Part shown: piece by piece, positions 8,541 through 18,654 of the stretch
Layout: each line of letters begins with the position of its first letter
How positions within the stretch are numbered: the first letter of the stretch is position 1
Source: a virus
Taxonomy: Duplodnaviria; Caudoviricetes
Direction: 5' to 3' (one strand)
IMG/VR virus record: IMGVR_UViG_3300017700_000220
Span: 1 to 44,981 of that record
DNA length: 44,981 nt
Made by a program: the position numbers and the translations under genes
Notes under the pieces: model-generated
What the model was told of the DNA's origin: nothing
Database searches by the model: none
Seen by the model: only the letters and a program-made list of their open reading frames with translations

Positions 8541-9071
8541 ATGGCCGTTGTAAATCTTAAATCCACCCCGATCACGAACCTGGACGCTTCGCCCCGCGTG
8601 GCAAATCAGGCCGGTCTTGGTGCCAAGGCTGAATATGGTACGCAGGACGCGCTTGTGTCTGTAGCGGCAACCGATCAGGCTACGTCCACCTATCGCTTCA
8701 CCCGCATTCGCTCAAACGCCCTTGTCAAAAAGGTCACGATTGAAGGCGCTGCGCTTGGCGGTTCGTGCGCAATGAACTATGGCTTGGCCTATCCGCCCGC
8801 CGGTCCCGACTTGGGCATTGGCGGAACTGCCGGTGGCGTAATTGACGCGGACTTCTTCGCTTCGGCGGTTGTCCACACCAACGCTATGGCTGAAACCATC
8901 ATCACCAATGAAGGTGGGTTCTATACCATGGCGGAGCGCTTCCTTCCGATCTGGCAAGCTGCCGGACTGTCTGCCGATCCCGGCGGCTGGTTCGATGTAA
9001 TGGGAACCATGACCGTTGACGCTGCGTCCGGCGGGGACCTGTACATGAAGGTTGAAACTTGCAGCCCGTAA
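8541..9071 (+). CDS. Putative capsid decoration / cement protein
   Basis: Follows capsid with GGAG RBS; beta-rich, IDADFFASA motif. Confidence 0.6.
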   Translation: MAVVNLKSTPITNLDASPRVANQAGLGAKAEYGTQDALVSVAATDQATSTYRFTRIRSNALVKKVTIEGAALGGSCAMNYGLAYPPAGPDLGIGGTAGGVIDADFFASAVVHTNAMAETIITNEGGFYTMAERFLPIWQAAGLSADPGGWFDVMGTMTVDAASGGDLYMKVETCSP

Positions 9072-9078
9072 GTATCTA

Positions 9079-9102
9079 GCGGGGGCTTCGGCCCCCGTTT
9101 TT
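9079..9102 (+). terminator. Intrinsic terminator
   Basis: GCGGGGGC-TTCG-GCCCCCGT then T run (cUUCGg loop). Confidence 0.9.
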
Positions 9103-9122
9103 CCTCACGCTAGGAGTCCGTC

Positions 9123-9407
9123 ATGGCAAAGCACATTGTCAACATTTCATCCGCTGGCGTAATCAATCGCCCCGGTGAACCTTCTTCCACCGCGCTTGTC
9201 GCAGCCATGGCCGTTCTTCAAGCCGATGGCGCTTCGCCTACGGAAGCCCATGTTGATACGGCGGATGCCGCGTTGACTACCTATCTTGCCGCGCAGACTG
9301 CGGAAACGGCTGGACAGCTAACAGTGGTCTATGATACCACTATGACATTGAACCAAGTGAAGGTGGCACTGAAAGCTGCCTTGCTCCAAATCGAAGGGAT
9401 AAGCTAA
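9123..9407 (+). CDS. Hypothetical virion-region protein
   Basis: AGGAG RBS; TAATG coupling to the next gene. Confidence 0.75.
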   Translation: MAKHIVNISSAGVINRPGEPSSTALVAAMAVLQADGASPTEAHVDTADAALTTYLAAQTAETAGQLTVVYDTTMTLNQVKVALKAALLQIEGIS

Positions 9408-9622
9408 TGGCCGACAAATTTTATAGCCTCAATCGTGGGCAACCCAACAACCCGGACAACGTTGTTGTTGGTGACGCTACTTCCGCCGGTTCGGACATTG
9501 AACTTCGTGTTGAATTGGGCGCTGGCACAACTGGCTGGACAACCCTGGAAATTTCTGCCGCGCTTGACGCAATCAAGCGCCGGATCATTGACGGGCGTGA
9601 CAGCGTAATTGGACAAGTCTAA
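9407..9622 (+). CDS. Hypothetical virion-region protein
   Basis: TAATG overlaps on both sides. Confidence 0.75.
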   Translation: MADKFYSLNRGQPNNPDNVVVGDATSAGSDIELRVELGAGTTGWTTLEISAALDAIKRRIIDGRDSVIGQV

Positions 9623-9903
9623 TGCGTGCGCAAGAGGCAGTCAAATTTGAGAATATCGCAGCTACTACGAGCGCGTTTGTTCTCAACGGCGGCAAATACC
9701 AGTTTGCCGTAGCTGCCACGTTTGGCGGCGGTTCGGTGGGCATTGAAATGCTCGGGCCGAACGGATCATCTTGGCTACTTGTAGCCACGGCGCTTACGGC
9801 TGCGGGCGTAGCCACCTATGACTTGCCCCCCGGCCAATATCGCGTTGTAATCGCAACAGCCACGGCGGTTTATGTAACCATTGTGCGCGTACCTGGGGAG
9901 TAA
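9622..9903 (+). CDS. Small beta-sandwich-like virion protein
   Basis: Coupled ORF; Ala/Thr/Val-rich. Confidence 0.7.
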   Translation: MRAQEAVKFENIAATTSAFVLNGGKYQFAVAATFGGGSVGIEMLGPNGSSWLLVATALTAAGVATYDLPPGQYRVVIATATAVYVTIVRVPGE

Positions 9904-9908
9904 GTCCC

Positions 9909-10853
9909 ATGGCCGGTCATTATATTTTTGGTTCGCGCGGACGGCAGGGTGAACAAGGTCCACCCGTATCCGATGGCGACAAAGGCGACATTGTTATCAC
10001 TTCGGGCGGCACCGTCTATACCATTCAAGATGGCGTAGTCACGCTGGCGAAGCTGGCGAACATGGCAGAAAGCACGGTCATAGGCCGCGCGGCTGGCGCT
10101 GGCACCGGCGTACCCGTTGCATTGACCAAAGCGCAACTGCTCACACTTTTGAACGTGGCCGATGGCGCAAACGTCACCTTGACCGGCATTGAAGTTTTGA
10201 CGAACAAGCGGATCACGCTTTCGGCTGGCGCTGCGGGCGCTGGCTTGGCACCGCTCAAGTTTACGTCCGGTTCGCCGCTTACTGCGGCTGAAGCTGGCGC
10301 GGTTGAGTTTGACGGTGTTTCATTCTTCGTCACGCACAACGCTACGCAGGGACGCGGGTATATCCCGGCGGAACAGCGTGTCATGCTGACAGCAAACGGC
10401 AGCGCGATCACAACGATTGCCAACTTCTTTGGCACCAACAAAAATCCGGTGCTTATCCCAAGTTCCCGCTATGAACTTGAGTTGTACTTGCTCTATGCAA
10501 AGACAACTTCCGGAACGCACACGTTGACGCTCACAAATTCCGCCGCACCGACTTGGCAGAACTTCGACTTTGAAATGTCGCCGGTCACGGGCATTGTTGC
10601 ACCGCCTGGAACGGCAACGCCGTTGAAGGGCCAATTGCTGAATGATGCTACGGCAGCGCGGACGTTTGTTACCGCTGCGTTGACCACGGGCGTCAATCAC
10701 TATATCCGCCTCAAGGCGCTTATTGACAATGACGCCGGAACTAGCCTATTGATTCAGTCCACAATCAGCGCCGGGGATATTGTCCCGCTTAAAGGCAGTT
10801 GGTGGAAATTGCGCCGTCTGTCACTGACTGACACCGGGAACTTCGCAGCTTAA
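9909..10853 (+). CDS. Fibre-like structural protein
   Basis: Short collagen-like GRQGEQGPP, DGDKGDI and VTLAKLA fibre motifs, beta-rich C-terminus. Confidence 0.65.
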   Translation: MAGHYIFGSRGRQGEQGPPVSDGDKGDIVITSGGTVYTIQDGVVTLAKLANMAESTVIGRAAGAGTGVPVALTKAQLLTLLNVADGANVTLTGIEVLTNKRITLSAGAAGAGLAPLKFTSGSPLTAAEAGAVEFDGVSFFVTHNATQGRGYIPAEQRVMLTANGSAITTIANFFGTNKNPVLIPSSRYELELYLLYAKTTSGTHTLTLTNSAAPTWQNFDFEMSPVTGIVAPPGTATPLKGQLLNDATAARTFVTAALTTGVNHYIRLKALIDNDAGTSLLIQSTISAGDIVPLKGSWWKLRRLSLTDTGNFAA

Positions 10854-10864
10854 AGGACAGGGCT

Positions 10865-11959
10865 ATGATCACTGAAACCGATGTAGCAAATAAAATTCTG
10901 CAACGGTGTGGTGCAACCCGCATCCTTGAGGGATCAACGCTTTATGGAACGGCGGCTGAAGACAGCAAGGGCGCGGATGAAATTCGCACAACCTTTGACA
11001 TTACGCGCCGGTTTGAATTGCGCCGCAACGTTTGGCGCTTCTCTATCCGCACGGAAATTCTGCGCCCCTGGACTGCGACAACCTATGTTGCCATATGGCC
11101 CGAGTGGGACGCCCGCGTTGCGTACTCAATCAATGACCGCGTGCGCTACGGCACAGACAGTTGGATGAGCGTCAAGGATGGAACAAATCTTGATCCGTCA
11201 CACCGCGACTATTCGCAATGGGTTCCTTACCTGGGTGCGGACAGCGCAGACCTGTATGATGCTGAAGTGACATACCTTCAGGGCGAGTACGTCTATGAGA
11301 ATGACGTTCTTTATATTTCGATTGCTGCGGATAACCTTGGCAATGCCGTAACCGACACGGATTACTGGACGCGCATTTCTGTTGAGGATTGGGCGCAGTT
11401 CACCATTTACGGAATCGGGGATCGTGTGATCTACGATGAAGTCACTTATGTTTCTCTGACTGCCAGCAATCAGGACAAGCAGCCGGACAGCAACCCAAGC
11501 AATTGGGCAGTCACGAATTCCATGACCTTGGCCGAAGCCAGCTACACGATCCCTACGCAGAAGGGTTTGAACCTGTTCCGGCTTCCCACTGGCTTCATGC
11601 GCGAAGCGCCGCAGAACCCTAAGCAGGGTTCGTATATGCCATTGGGCGCACCGTCCGCCAGTCCGTACAGTGACTTGATTTATGAGGGGAACTATTTCCT
11701 ATCGTTTCAGGCCGGTCCATTTCACTTCCGCCACGTTGCCGACATTATGAACCCGGACGATTGGGACCCTATGTTCCTCAACGGGTATTCGTGCGCCGCT
11801 GCGCTGGAAGTGTGCGAACCTATAACGCAAAGCACCGGCAAGCTGAAGAACATTTCAAGCTTCTATGACAAGTTCATGTCGGAAGCGCGGACCGTGAACG
11901 CAATTGAGCAAGGGCCGGTTGAATCGCCGGAAGACTCATACATTACGTCAAGGTACTAA
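10865..11959 (+). CDS. Tail tubular protein A (adaptor) with inserted CBM-like repeats
   Basis: DVANKILQRCGA..I, ELRRNVWRFS, F.LP..F.R and WDPMF motifs; three W/Y-x5-Y-x2-(G)D.V.Y repeats in the middle. Confidence 0.8.
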   Translation: MITETDVANKILQRCGATRILEGSTLYGTAAEDSKGADEIRTTFDITRRFELRRNVWRFSIRTEILRPWTATTYVAIWPEWDARVAYSINDRVRYGTDSWMSVKDGTNLDPSHRDYSQWVPYLGADSADLYDAEVTYLQGEYVYENDVLYISIAADNLGNAVTDTDYWTRISVEDWAQFTIYGIGDRVIYDEVTYVSLTASNQDKQPDSNPSNWAVTNSMTLAEASYTIPTQKGLNLFRLPTGFMREAPQNPKQGSYMPLGAPSASPYSDLIYEGNYFLSFQAGPFHFRHVADIMNPDDWDPMFLNGYSCAAALEVCEPITQSTGKLKNISSFYDKFMSEARTVNAIEQGPVESPEDSYITSRY

Positions 11960-11960
11960 G

Positions 11961-14900
11961 ATGGCCGATGCTTCTTATGTGCAAACCGACTTCCGGGGTG
12001 GCTTGTGGTCTGAGACTGCGCAGGGCCGCAGCAACCTTGAGGTTTACAAGACAGCGCTGAATGAATGCCTGAATTCCTATCCTATGGAAGAAGGCGCTTG
12101 GACGCGGCGCATGGGCTTTCGCCGGATCAACAACACGCGCAACGGCGTCAAGGGCGGGCGCTTGCTTCCGTTCCGCTTCGGCAAGAGCCAAGCGTATCAG
12201 GCCGAACTTACCCCCGGCAAATTGCGGCTAGTGGCCGGTCTTACGCATGTGCGCGACGAATCGGACGCGTCCGGCAAGCAGCGCGTTATCACAATAAACA
12301 AAGCGACACCGGCCAAGGTCCGGGTGCCGGACTTGAATTGGTCGGATGGCGATACCGTCATGTTCGATATTACCAGTGATCCGCCGCAGTCCTACAAGCT
12401 TTATAATCGGCAGTTCCTTATTGATGATGTGAACACAAGCAAGAACACGTTCACGCTGTACGATCCAGTGACCGGCGATCCGATTGACGGCGCTTCGATT
12501 GGCTGGATAAACTTGGGACAGGTGGATGAAGTAAAGCGCCTTCTCGAATTCAACACGCCCTATACCGCCGATGATCTGCCGAACGTCCGCATTGTGCAGG
12601 ACACGGATACCAATGTGTTGTTCCTCTGCCCTGGCAAGCGCCCCTATTCGCTTGTAGTCAACGGCGTCACGCAGTTCACCTTTGGCGAAACTGAATTCAT
12701 TGACGGTCCGTACCTTGACGAAAACGAATTGGTGACAACCTTCGCCTTGAGCGGTACGTCCGGCACCGTCACTGTAACAGCGTCCGGCACGGCGGGCGTG
12801 AATGAAGGTGACGGCTTCCAGTCCACAGACGTTGACCGGCTGATTTGGTTTCAGGCCGGACCGCAAGCATGGAGCAATGCGGTTCCGTATGGCAAGGAAG
12901 CCAAGGTCCTTGGTTCCGACAACAATATCTATAAGTCGCTTGTGTCTAACAACCTTGCCAATGATCCCACGACTGATACGGGAACGAAGTGGGAGATCAC
13001 GGCGGATACGGTTGTAATCACTTGGCTGAAGATCGTGACCGTTGTTGATACAACGCATGTCACCGCAGAGATAATGGGTGATACGCCGTCCAGTGGCACC
13101 GCCACGATCCATTGGCGCTTGGGCGTCTATTCGGATACTACCGGGTGGCCAACTTGCGGCGCATACCATGAAGCCCGTTTGTGGCTTGCCGGTGCGATCA
13201 AGAACCGACTGGACGCCAGCCGTAACTTCAAGTCCCTCACATTCTCGCCAACTGAAAATGAAGGCTCGGTATCGGATAGCAATGCGTTGAGCGGCATATT
13301 GAATAACAAGGACAGCGAAACTATCACTTGGATGGTGTCAACTGAAGACGGCCTTGCGGTAGGCACGCTTGCCGGTGAATGGCTTGTGCGTGCATCTGCC
13401 ATGGACGATCCAGTATCGCCCACAACGCTTCAGGCGCGTAACCCCACGACTGCGGGCAGCGCGGACATTGAAGCGGTGCAAGCCTATGGTTCGCCCGTGT
13501 TCGTTCAAGCCAGTGGCCGAAAGGCTATGACGTTCCGCCGCAACTATCAGAACAAATTTGAATGCGTGAACAATTCTGAAAAGGCATCCGGCCTTACTTC
13601 GCCCATGGTCAAGGAACTGGTATGGTGCCAAGAGCCTATGCTTTCGTTATTCTGCCGGTTGTCCGATGGCAAACTGATTGGCGCAACACATAAGGTATCC
13701 GTGCTGGAAGAACAGTTCACCGGCTGGCACCGGCATACGCATGGCATGGAACGTACCTTCTCTGCCTTGTCCGCAGGGCCAAGCTTTGACGGCACAAGCG
13801 ATTGCATTTACGTTATCACTTCGCACCCCACCGATCCGGACGCGCCGGACTGGATTGAAGTCAGTATGCCGGGAGTAAGCACCGGTGATCCTACATGGAA
13901 GGCATGGCATGTGGACGGCAGTTCACCGGCTGGCTACATTCGCCGCATGATCAGCGCGAACGGTGACAGCTTTGACGGTATCCGCGTCTATGGCTTTGAG
14001 CATCTTGAAGGCGTCACGCTGCACCCGTTTGTTGGCGGGCTTGATCTTGGTGACGTTGTGATCACGAACGGATACATGGACTTGCCGTATGGCATTGTCT
14101 CGGGCTTCACCCTGGCGTTCTTGGAAAGCTTGGATGACGGCACGGACTATGGCGATTGGGGAATTCAGCTTCGGTGGCAGGACGCGCCTATCACGACGAA
14201 CCCGCTGCAACCTCTCAACTCTATACTTGTCATTGATAACGAGATCACGCCAACGGCTTCCGGTGGCTATGGATTGTGGGATCGGGATAACGAAGTGTTC
14301 TATCGGTATGAAACAGGTGGCGCTTGCAACATTCGCGTATTCAATGCGTTGACCGGCGACTTGCTGCGCGAAGCAACTAATTATACTGCGATCTTCCCCA
14401 ACAATGACGCGGAAGGTATTCTTACCACGTACACCAACATTACGTTGATCCCGCCGGACTTGGAGCATGAAGCGGGTTCCAGTTCCGTGATGATTATTTT
14501 TAAGGCGGCGGGCGATAGCTCGTTCATCCTTGGATTGATTGACAACATGACCCTGCAAAAGTGGGGCGAGATAAAAGCGGACGTTCAACCTGGAACCGAC
14601 ACACACGCGCCACAGAACATCATGGGGTTCTCTCTGCTGTACCCGGACATTAACACGCTTACTATTCAGAACAGCAACTTCCTTATGGTAAGCAAGGGTG
14701 GCAACAACGGGCGGTGCGCCATGTATGGTGCGTCATCGTCCGGCCCCATTGGGGTTCTTTTTGGCGTTGGCGGCATCATGGGAGAATTCACCAACACTGG
14801 CGGAAGTGACTATGATACGAAGTTCTTCCGCATGTATGAACTGCTTGGCGTAACAACGTTTGGCTCAATCGCGCCACTTGGCAACATATCGTCAACGTCA

Positions 14901-15914
14901 TTCGGCGGGGCGCATACGGCAGTTATAAACGAGTGGACCGTTGGCGGCATTGCGCCGGACCTTAGCATTGGCCTTGGTGTGTTCTTTGACAACACGTTCA
15001 ACGTGGCAGCGACTACCATTGATCCCGCATGGACAACTGGTTTCAGTGAATGCACCATGACGTACATCGCTTATGATGATACGCTGCTTATGGCGTGCAC
15101 CGGGCTAATCAACACGGGACGCCGCATGGTGAAGCTATCGCGTGAGGGTGACATAATTTGGAATGAGGTTATGCCCGCTGGTATTCCCGGCCCGCCGGGA
15201 CAGGGTGACGGACCTTGGAATAATCATCGTTGGGGATGGCTTGCCGTTGACGGCGTGATCTATGAGTTGAACCTTGACACCGGCGAAGTCACAACCTTCA
15301 CTGGACAGGACACCGGCTTCAACTTCATCATTACAAGTCAAATGTTCTATGATGAAGTGGGACCGTCCATTTTGGATTACGGCAACTTCACTTCCATTGG
15401 CGCGGGTGCTGATCCGCCGCCTAACTATATCGGCACATGGGCCAACGATCACAATTTTTGGACGGACCCTAATTGGTTCCGCGTATGGATGGGAACGAGC
15501 TATACGCAAGATCAGGTGCATCGTGAATTGAATGCGGAATACATTTTCAGCCCCACGGCGTTTGGCGTGTCCTACATTTCGCGCGGACAATCCTTGCCGC
15601 CAGATTACGGCCTGGACGCGGGCGCACAGAACGGACCGGCCTTCGGCAAGAAGCGCCGCAACCATTGGTATGCCGCGAAACTGTTCCGTGCGCAGAACCT
15701 TTGGATCGGCACCGACTTTGAGCGGTTGAAGCCCGTGAAGCTTACCACGGACGGCAATAAGCCCATTGTGGCACCGGCCTTGTTTTCTGGCGTGGCCTCT
15801 GATACTCTGACTGACAACTATTCGTTTGCCGGTGGCATCGCTTGGGAGTGTAGGCGTCAATACTCTTGCACTATCACGGCAATGGGCGGGTTCATCGAAA
15901 CGCAAGATAAGTAA
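11961..15914 (+). CDS. Tail tubular protein B (nozzle), enlarged
   Basis: QTDFRGG, GAWTRRMG, RLLPF.F, GWP.C..YHEARL and GWHRH motifs; 1317 aa. Confidence 0.85.
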   Translation: MADASYVQTDFRGGLWSETAQGRSNLEVYKTALNECLNSYPMEEGAWTRRMGFRRINNTRNGVKGGRLLPFRFGKSQAYQAELTPGKLRLVAGLTHVRDESDASGKQRVITINKATPAKVRVPDLNWSDGDTVMFDITSDPPQSYKLYNRQFLIDDVNTSKNTFTLYDPVTGDPIDGASIGWINLGQVDEVKRLLEFNTPYTADDLPNVRIVQDTDTNVLFLCPGKRPYSLVVNGVTQFTFGETEFIDGPYLDENELVTTFALSGTSGTVTVTASGTAGVNEGDGFQSTDVDRLIWFQAGPQAWSNAVPYGKEAKVLGSDNNIYKSLVSNNLANDPTTDTGTKWEITADTVVITWLKIVTVVDTTHVTAEIMGDTPSSGTATIHWRLGVYSDTTGWPTCGAYHEARLWLAGAIKNRLDASRNFKSLTFSPTENEGSVSDSNALSGILNNKDSETITWMVSTEDGLAVGTLAGEWLVRASAMDDPVSPTTLQARNPTTAGSADIEAVQAYGSPVFVQASGRKAMTFRRNYQNKFECVNNSEKASGLTSPMVKELVWCQEPMLSLFCRLSDGKLIGATHKVSVLEEQFTGWHRHTHGMERTFSALSAGPSFDGTSDCIYVITSHPTDPDAPDWIEVSMPGVSTGDPTWKAWHVDGSSPAGYIRRMISANGDSFDGIRVYGFEHLEGVTLHPFVGGLDLGDVVITNGYMDLPYGIVSGFTLAFLESLDDGTDYGDWGIQLRWQDAPITTNPLQPLNSILVIDNEITPTASGGYGLWDRDNEVFYRYETGGACNIRVFNALTGDLLREATNYTAIFPNNDAEGILTTYTNITLIPPDLEHEAGSSSVMIIFKAAGDSSFILGLIDNMTLQKWGEIKADVQPGTDTHAPQNIMGFSLLYPDINTLTIQNSNFLMVSKGGNNGRCAMYGASSSGPIGVLFGVGGIMGEFTNTGGSDYDTKFFRMYELLGVTTFGSIAPLGNISSTSFGGAHTAVINEWTVGGIAPDLSIGLGVFFDNTFNVAATTIDPAWTTGFSECTMTYIAYDDTLLMACTGLINTGRRMVKLSREGDIIWNEVMPAGIPGPPGQGDGPWNNHRWGWLAVDGVIYELNLDTGEVTTFTGQDTGFNFIITSQMFYDEVGPSILDYGNFTSIGAGADPPPNYIGTWANDHNFWTDPNWFRVWMGTSYTQDQVHRELNAEYIFSPTAFGVSYISRGQSLPPDYGLDAGAQNGPAFGKKRRNHWYAAKLFRAQNLWIGTDFERLKPVKLTTDGNKPIVAPALFSGVASDTLTDNYSFAGGIAWECRRQYSCTITAMGGFIETQDK

Positions 15915-15925
15915 GGAATTGCACC

Positions 15926-16546
15926 GTGGATTTTGGTTCATTATTTGGCGGCATAGGCTCGTTTCTTAGTGGTCAAGCTACGGCTAAAGGCTACAAGGAA
16001 CAGGCGAAGTATTTCAAGGAAGCCGGACGCGTCACCTTGCTTCAGGGCAAGATGAAGGACCTTGCGATTCGCCGTGAGATTTTCCAAACGGAAGGCGCTG
16101 CGGAAGCCGCTGCCGGTGCGAACAACCTGAAGCTTTCGGGATCGGTGCTGGACATTATCAAGCAGAACCGCAAGCAGGGTTACATTACCAAAGCTGTCAC
16201 GGCTATGAACACGCAGCTTGAATACAAGAACTACATGGCGCAAGCCGCGCAAGCCAAGGCGAACGCCAAGGCAGCAAGTTCCGGCGGCATCATGGGGCTT
16301 GTCGGTGGCATCTTCGGTATGTTCTCAGATGACCGGCTTAAAGAAAACGTTGTCTTCATTGGGCGGCGCGGTGACGGCCTGGGTGTGTATGAATTCAACT
16401 ACAACGGCAGCGAAAAGCGCTATAGTGGCGTCATGGCAAGCGAAGTGGCTATCCTGTTCCCTGAAGCTGTCAGCAACGATAACGAGAGTGGTTACGCCAA
16501 GGTTGACTATGACAAGCTTGGCATTGAATTCAAAGAGGTTGCATAA
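15926..16546 (+). CDS. Internal virion (ejection) protein with C-terminal peptidase S74 chaperone domain
   Basis: Gly/Ala-rich N-terminus with LSGSVLD; C-terminus SDDRLKENV...GVMASEV...PEAV...GY.KVDY. Confidence 0.75.
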   Translation: MDFGSLFGGIGSFLSGQATAKGYKEQAKYFKEAGRVTLLQGKMKDLAIRREIFQTEGAAEAAAGANNLKLSGSVLDIIKQNRKQGYITKAVTAMNTQLEYKNYMAQAAQAKANAKAASSGGIMGLVGGIFGMFSDDRLKENVVFIGRRGDGLGVYEFNYNGSEKRYSGVMASEVAILFPEAVSNDNESGYAKVDYDKLGIEFKEVA

Positions 16547-18654
16547 TGCCCGCCCTTCCAATTTATGAAAACAACGTGTACCCCGATCCCGGCCCCATGG
16601 CGGAATTGGCGCGTGCGTCTGGACAGAACGGATACTATCGCGGGCAGTTGATCGGTGCCGGATGGAACGCGCTCGGGCGCGGCATTAGCGGTATGCAAGC
16701 GGACATTAAAGCCCGCATGAAGGAAGCGCGGGAAGAAGACGAAGCGGCAGACGTATCCAACTTGACTGTCAAGATGGCTATGGCGCAAGCGGACTTGGCC
16801 GTGAAGTGGCGGGATCACTTGGCCGGTGCCGATCCGAACGATCCGGACATGGCGAAGAACTTCATGGAGACAGTGGCAACGCCGCTCTATGAGCAGATCG
16901 GCATGGAAGCCAAGACGAAGAAGGGCCGCGAATACATTATGAAAACCCGTGCCGGTGCATGGGCGAACCAATACATTTCAACGTCTGCGGATGCTTCGGA
17001 AGTGTCTTCGGCCAATGCCGTGCTTCAGCTTCAGACTGTGACGAACGCGTATTCCGATGCAGCGTTCTATGATCCCGGCAACTGGAAGGCGCAGATTGAA
17101 CAGTCAAAGGACGCCATTGAAGCCTATGCGGACGTACACCGCCTGGACGCGAAGACCAAGATCAAGCTTCTTAAAGAGATTGAAAACGGCATTGCCAAGT
17201 CCGCTATCAAAGGCATGATTGAAACGAACCCGGAAGCTGCGCTTGAAGCGTTGCAGAAGGGCGAGTTCACCGGCATGATCAATGGTGAAGAATTGGCAGA
17301 GTTGACGAATTCCGCCGACTCTCGAATCAAGTCTGAAGCTTCCGATCAGCAAGCCAAGGAAACGGACGCGATCAAGAAGCGCAACAATGAAGCGAACCAA
17401 GCTATCACGGATTTGCAGTCAACGGTGACAACCGATGAAACAACCGGTGCCATGGTGATACCGCCAGATTACTTCACCAAGCTTGACGCGATCAGGGACC
17501 AATACAAGGACGTTATGTCGCCCGAAGAATACCGGTCGGCCCATAGCTATGCGGCCACGGAGTTGCGCCGCACAACCAAGGAAACGATTGCGTCCGATCC
17601 TACGGTGTATGATGACTTCAGCGAACGCGCCAAGAATGGCGACTTAACGCGTGCGGAAGTGTTTGATGCACGTTCGCGCAATCTGCTGTCTTCCAAGGAC
17701 TTCAGTTTCTTCATGCGCTGGACTGGCGGCAAGGAAGGCGAGAATAAAGAGTTGAAGGGCATTTCGGATTTCGTTGATGACTTCCGGGGCTATATCGACG
17801 CGTCCGCCACCAAGCAGTACAAGGATACGTGGGGCGCTTCGCGTTTCACCGAATACAAGTCCGACATGATGGATCAGTACGTCAAGGCGAAAGCCGCTGG
17901 CATGACGGACGATCAGTTCAAGGAATATGCACGCAAAGCGCTGCCGTCTTATATGCTCAACCCCAAGCAGATCAAAACGGAAATGCGCAAGGCGGGCAAC
18001 AAAGATTACAAGAGCTACGTTCCACCGGCAGTTGATCCGCCGTCCTTTGAAGCAGCGAAGAAGCCGCTCGGGGAGTTCTTGCGCGGCAAGGAAAGCACCG
18101 TTGCGCCTATCACTGGACAGCAATCCCTTACGGCCTTGAGCCGTGGCGAAACTGGCACCGACTATTTGCCGACTGCGGAAGATGAAGCTGCGGTTCATTT
18201 CACGGCGGCGGATCGTGCACGTTCGCCCATGGAGAATGCAGAACAGCTTATGGGCATGAATGAGCAAGCGGACAACAAAACTATATACGCGTTCCTGAAG
18301 GCCGGTGGACATTCCATTGATCCTGCCGTTACCGCATGGTGCGCCGGGTTCGTGAATGCGTCACTTGCCAAGAGCGGCATTCCTGGCACCGGCAAACTCA
18401 ATGCGCGTTCGTTCCTTGTGTACGGCAATGCGGTGGCCAATAAGGACGCGAAGCCGGGTGATATTGTTGTGCTTACGCGGGGCGCTGATCCTACCAAGGG
18501 CCACGTTGGTTTCTTCAAGGGTTATGATGCAAATGGCAATGTCATCCTGTTAAGCGGCAACGCTAAAAACCGGGTTGGAATTGACACCTATCCAAAGGGT
18601 TCAATCCTTGGTATAAGGCGTCCACCCGGCAAACAGATGATGGCAGCGCTATAA
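16546..18654 (+). CDS. Internal virion protein with C-terminal NlpC/P60-like (TIGR02594-type) domain
   Basis: Helical body; TAWCAGFV, ARSFL.YG, PGDIVV and GHVGF motifs. Confidence 0.8.
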   Translation: MPALPIYENNVYPDPGPMAELARASGQNGYYRGQLIGAGWNALGRGISGMQADIKARMKEAREEDEAADVSNLTVKMAMAQADLAVKWRDHLAGADPNDPDMAKNFMETVATPLYEQIGMEAKTKKGREYIMKTRAGAWANQYISTSADASEVSSANAVLQLQTVTNAYSDAAFYDPGNWKAQIEQSKDAIEAYADVHRLDAKTKIKLLKEIENGIAKSAIKGMIETNPEAALEALQKGEFTGMINGEELAELTNSADSRIKSEASDQQAKETDAIKKRNNEANQAITDLQSTVTTDETTGAMVIPPDYFTKLDAIRDQYKDVMSPEEYRSAHSYAATELRRTTKETIASDPTVYDDFSERAKNGDLTRAEVFDARSRNLLSSKDFSFFMRWTGGKEGENKELKGISDFVDDFRGYIDASATKQYKDTWGASRFTEYKSDMMDQYVKAKAAGMTDDQFKEYARKALPSYMLNPKQIKTEMRKAGNKDYKSYVPPAVDPPSFEAAKKPLGEFLRGKESTVAPITGQQSLTALSRGETGTDYLPTAEDEAAVHFTAADRARSPMENAEQLMGMNEQADNKTIYAFLKAGGHSIDPAVTAWCAGFVNASLAKSGIPGTGKLNARSFLVYGNAVANKDAKPGDIVVLTRGADPTKGHVGFFKGYDANGNVILLSGNAKNRVGIDTYPKGSILGIRRPPGKQMMAAL

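Noticed and set aside
12228-13169. Long antisense ORFs (also 13923-14606, 15135-15941, 20889-21662, 34925-35623)
   Set aside because: Shadow frames of GC-rich sense genes, with no motifs or RBS.
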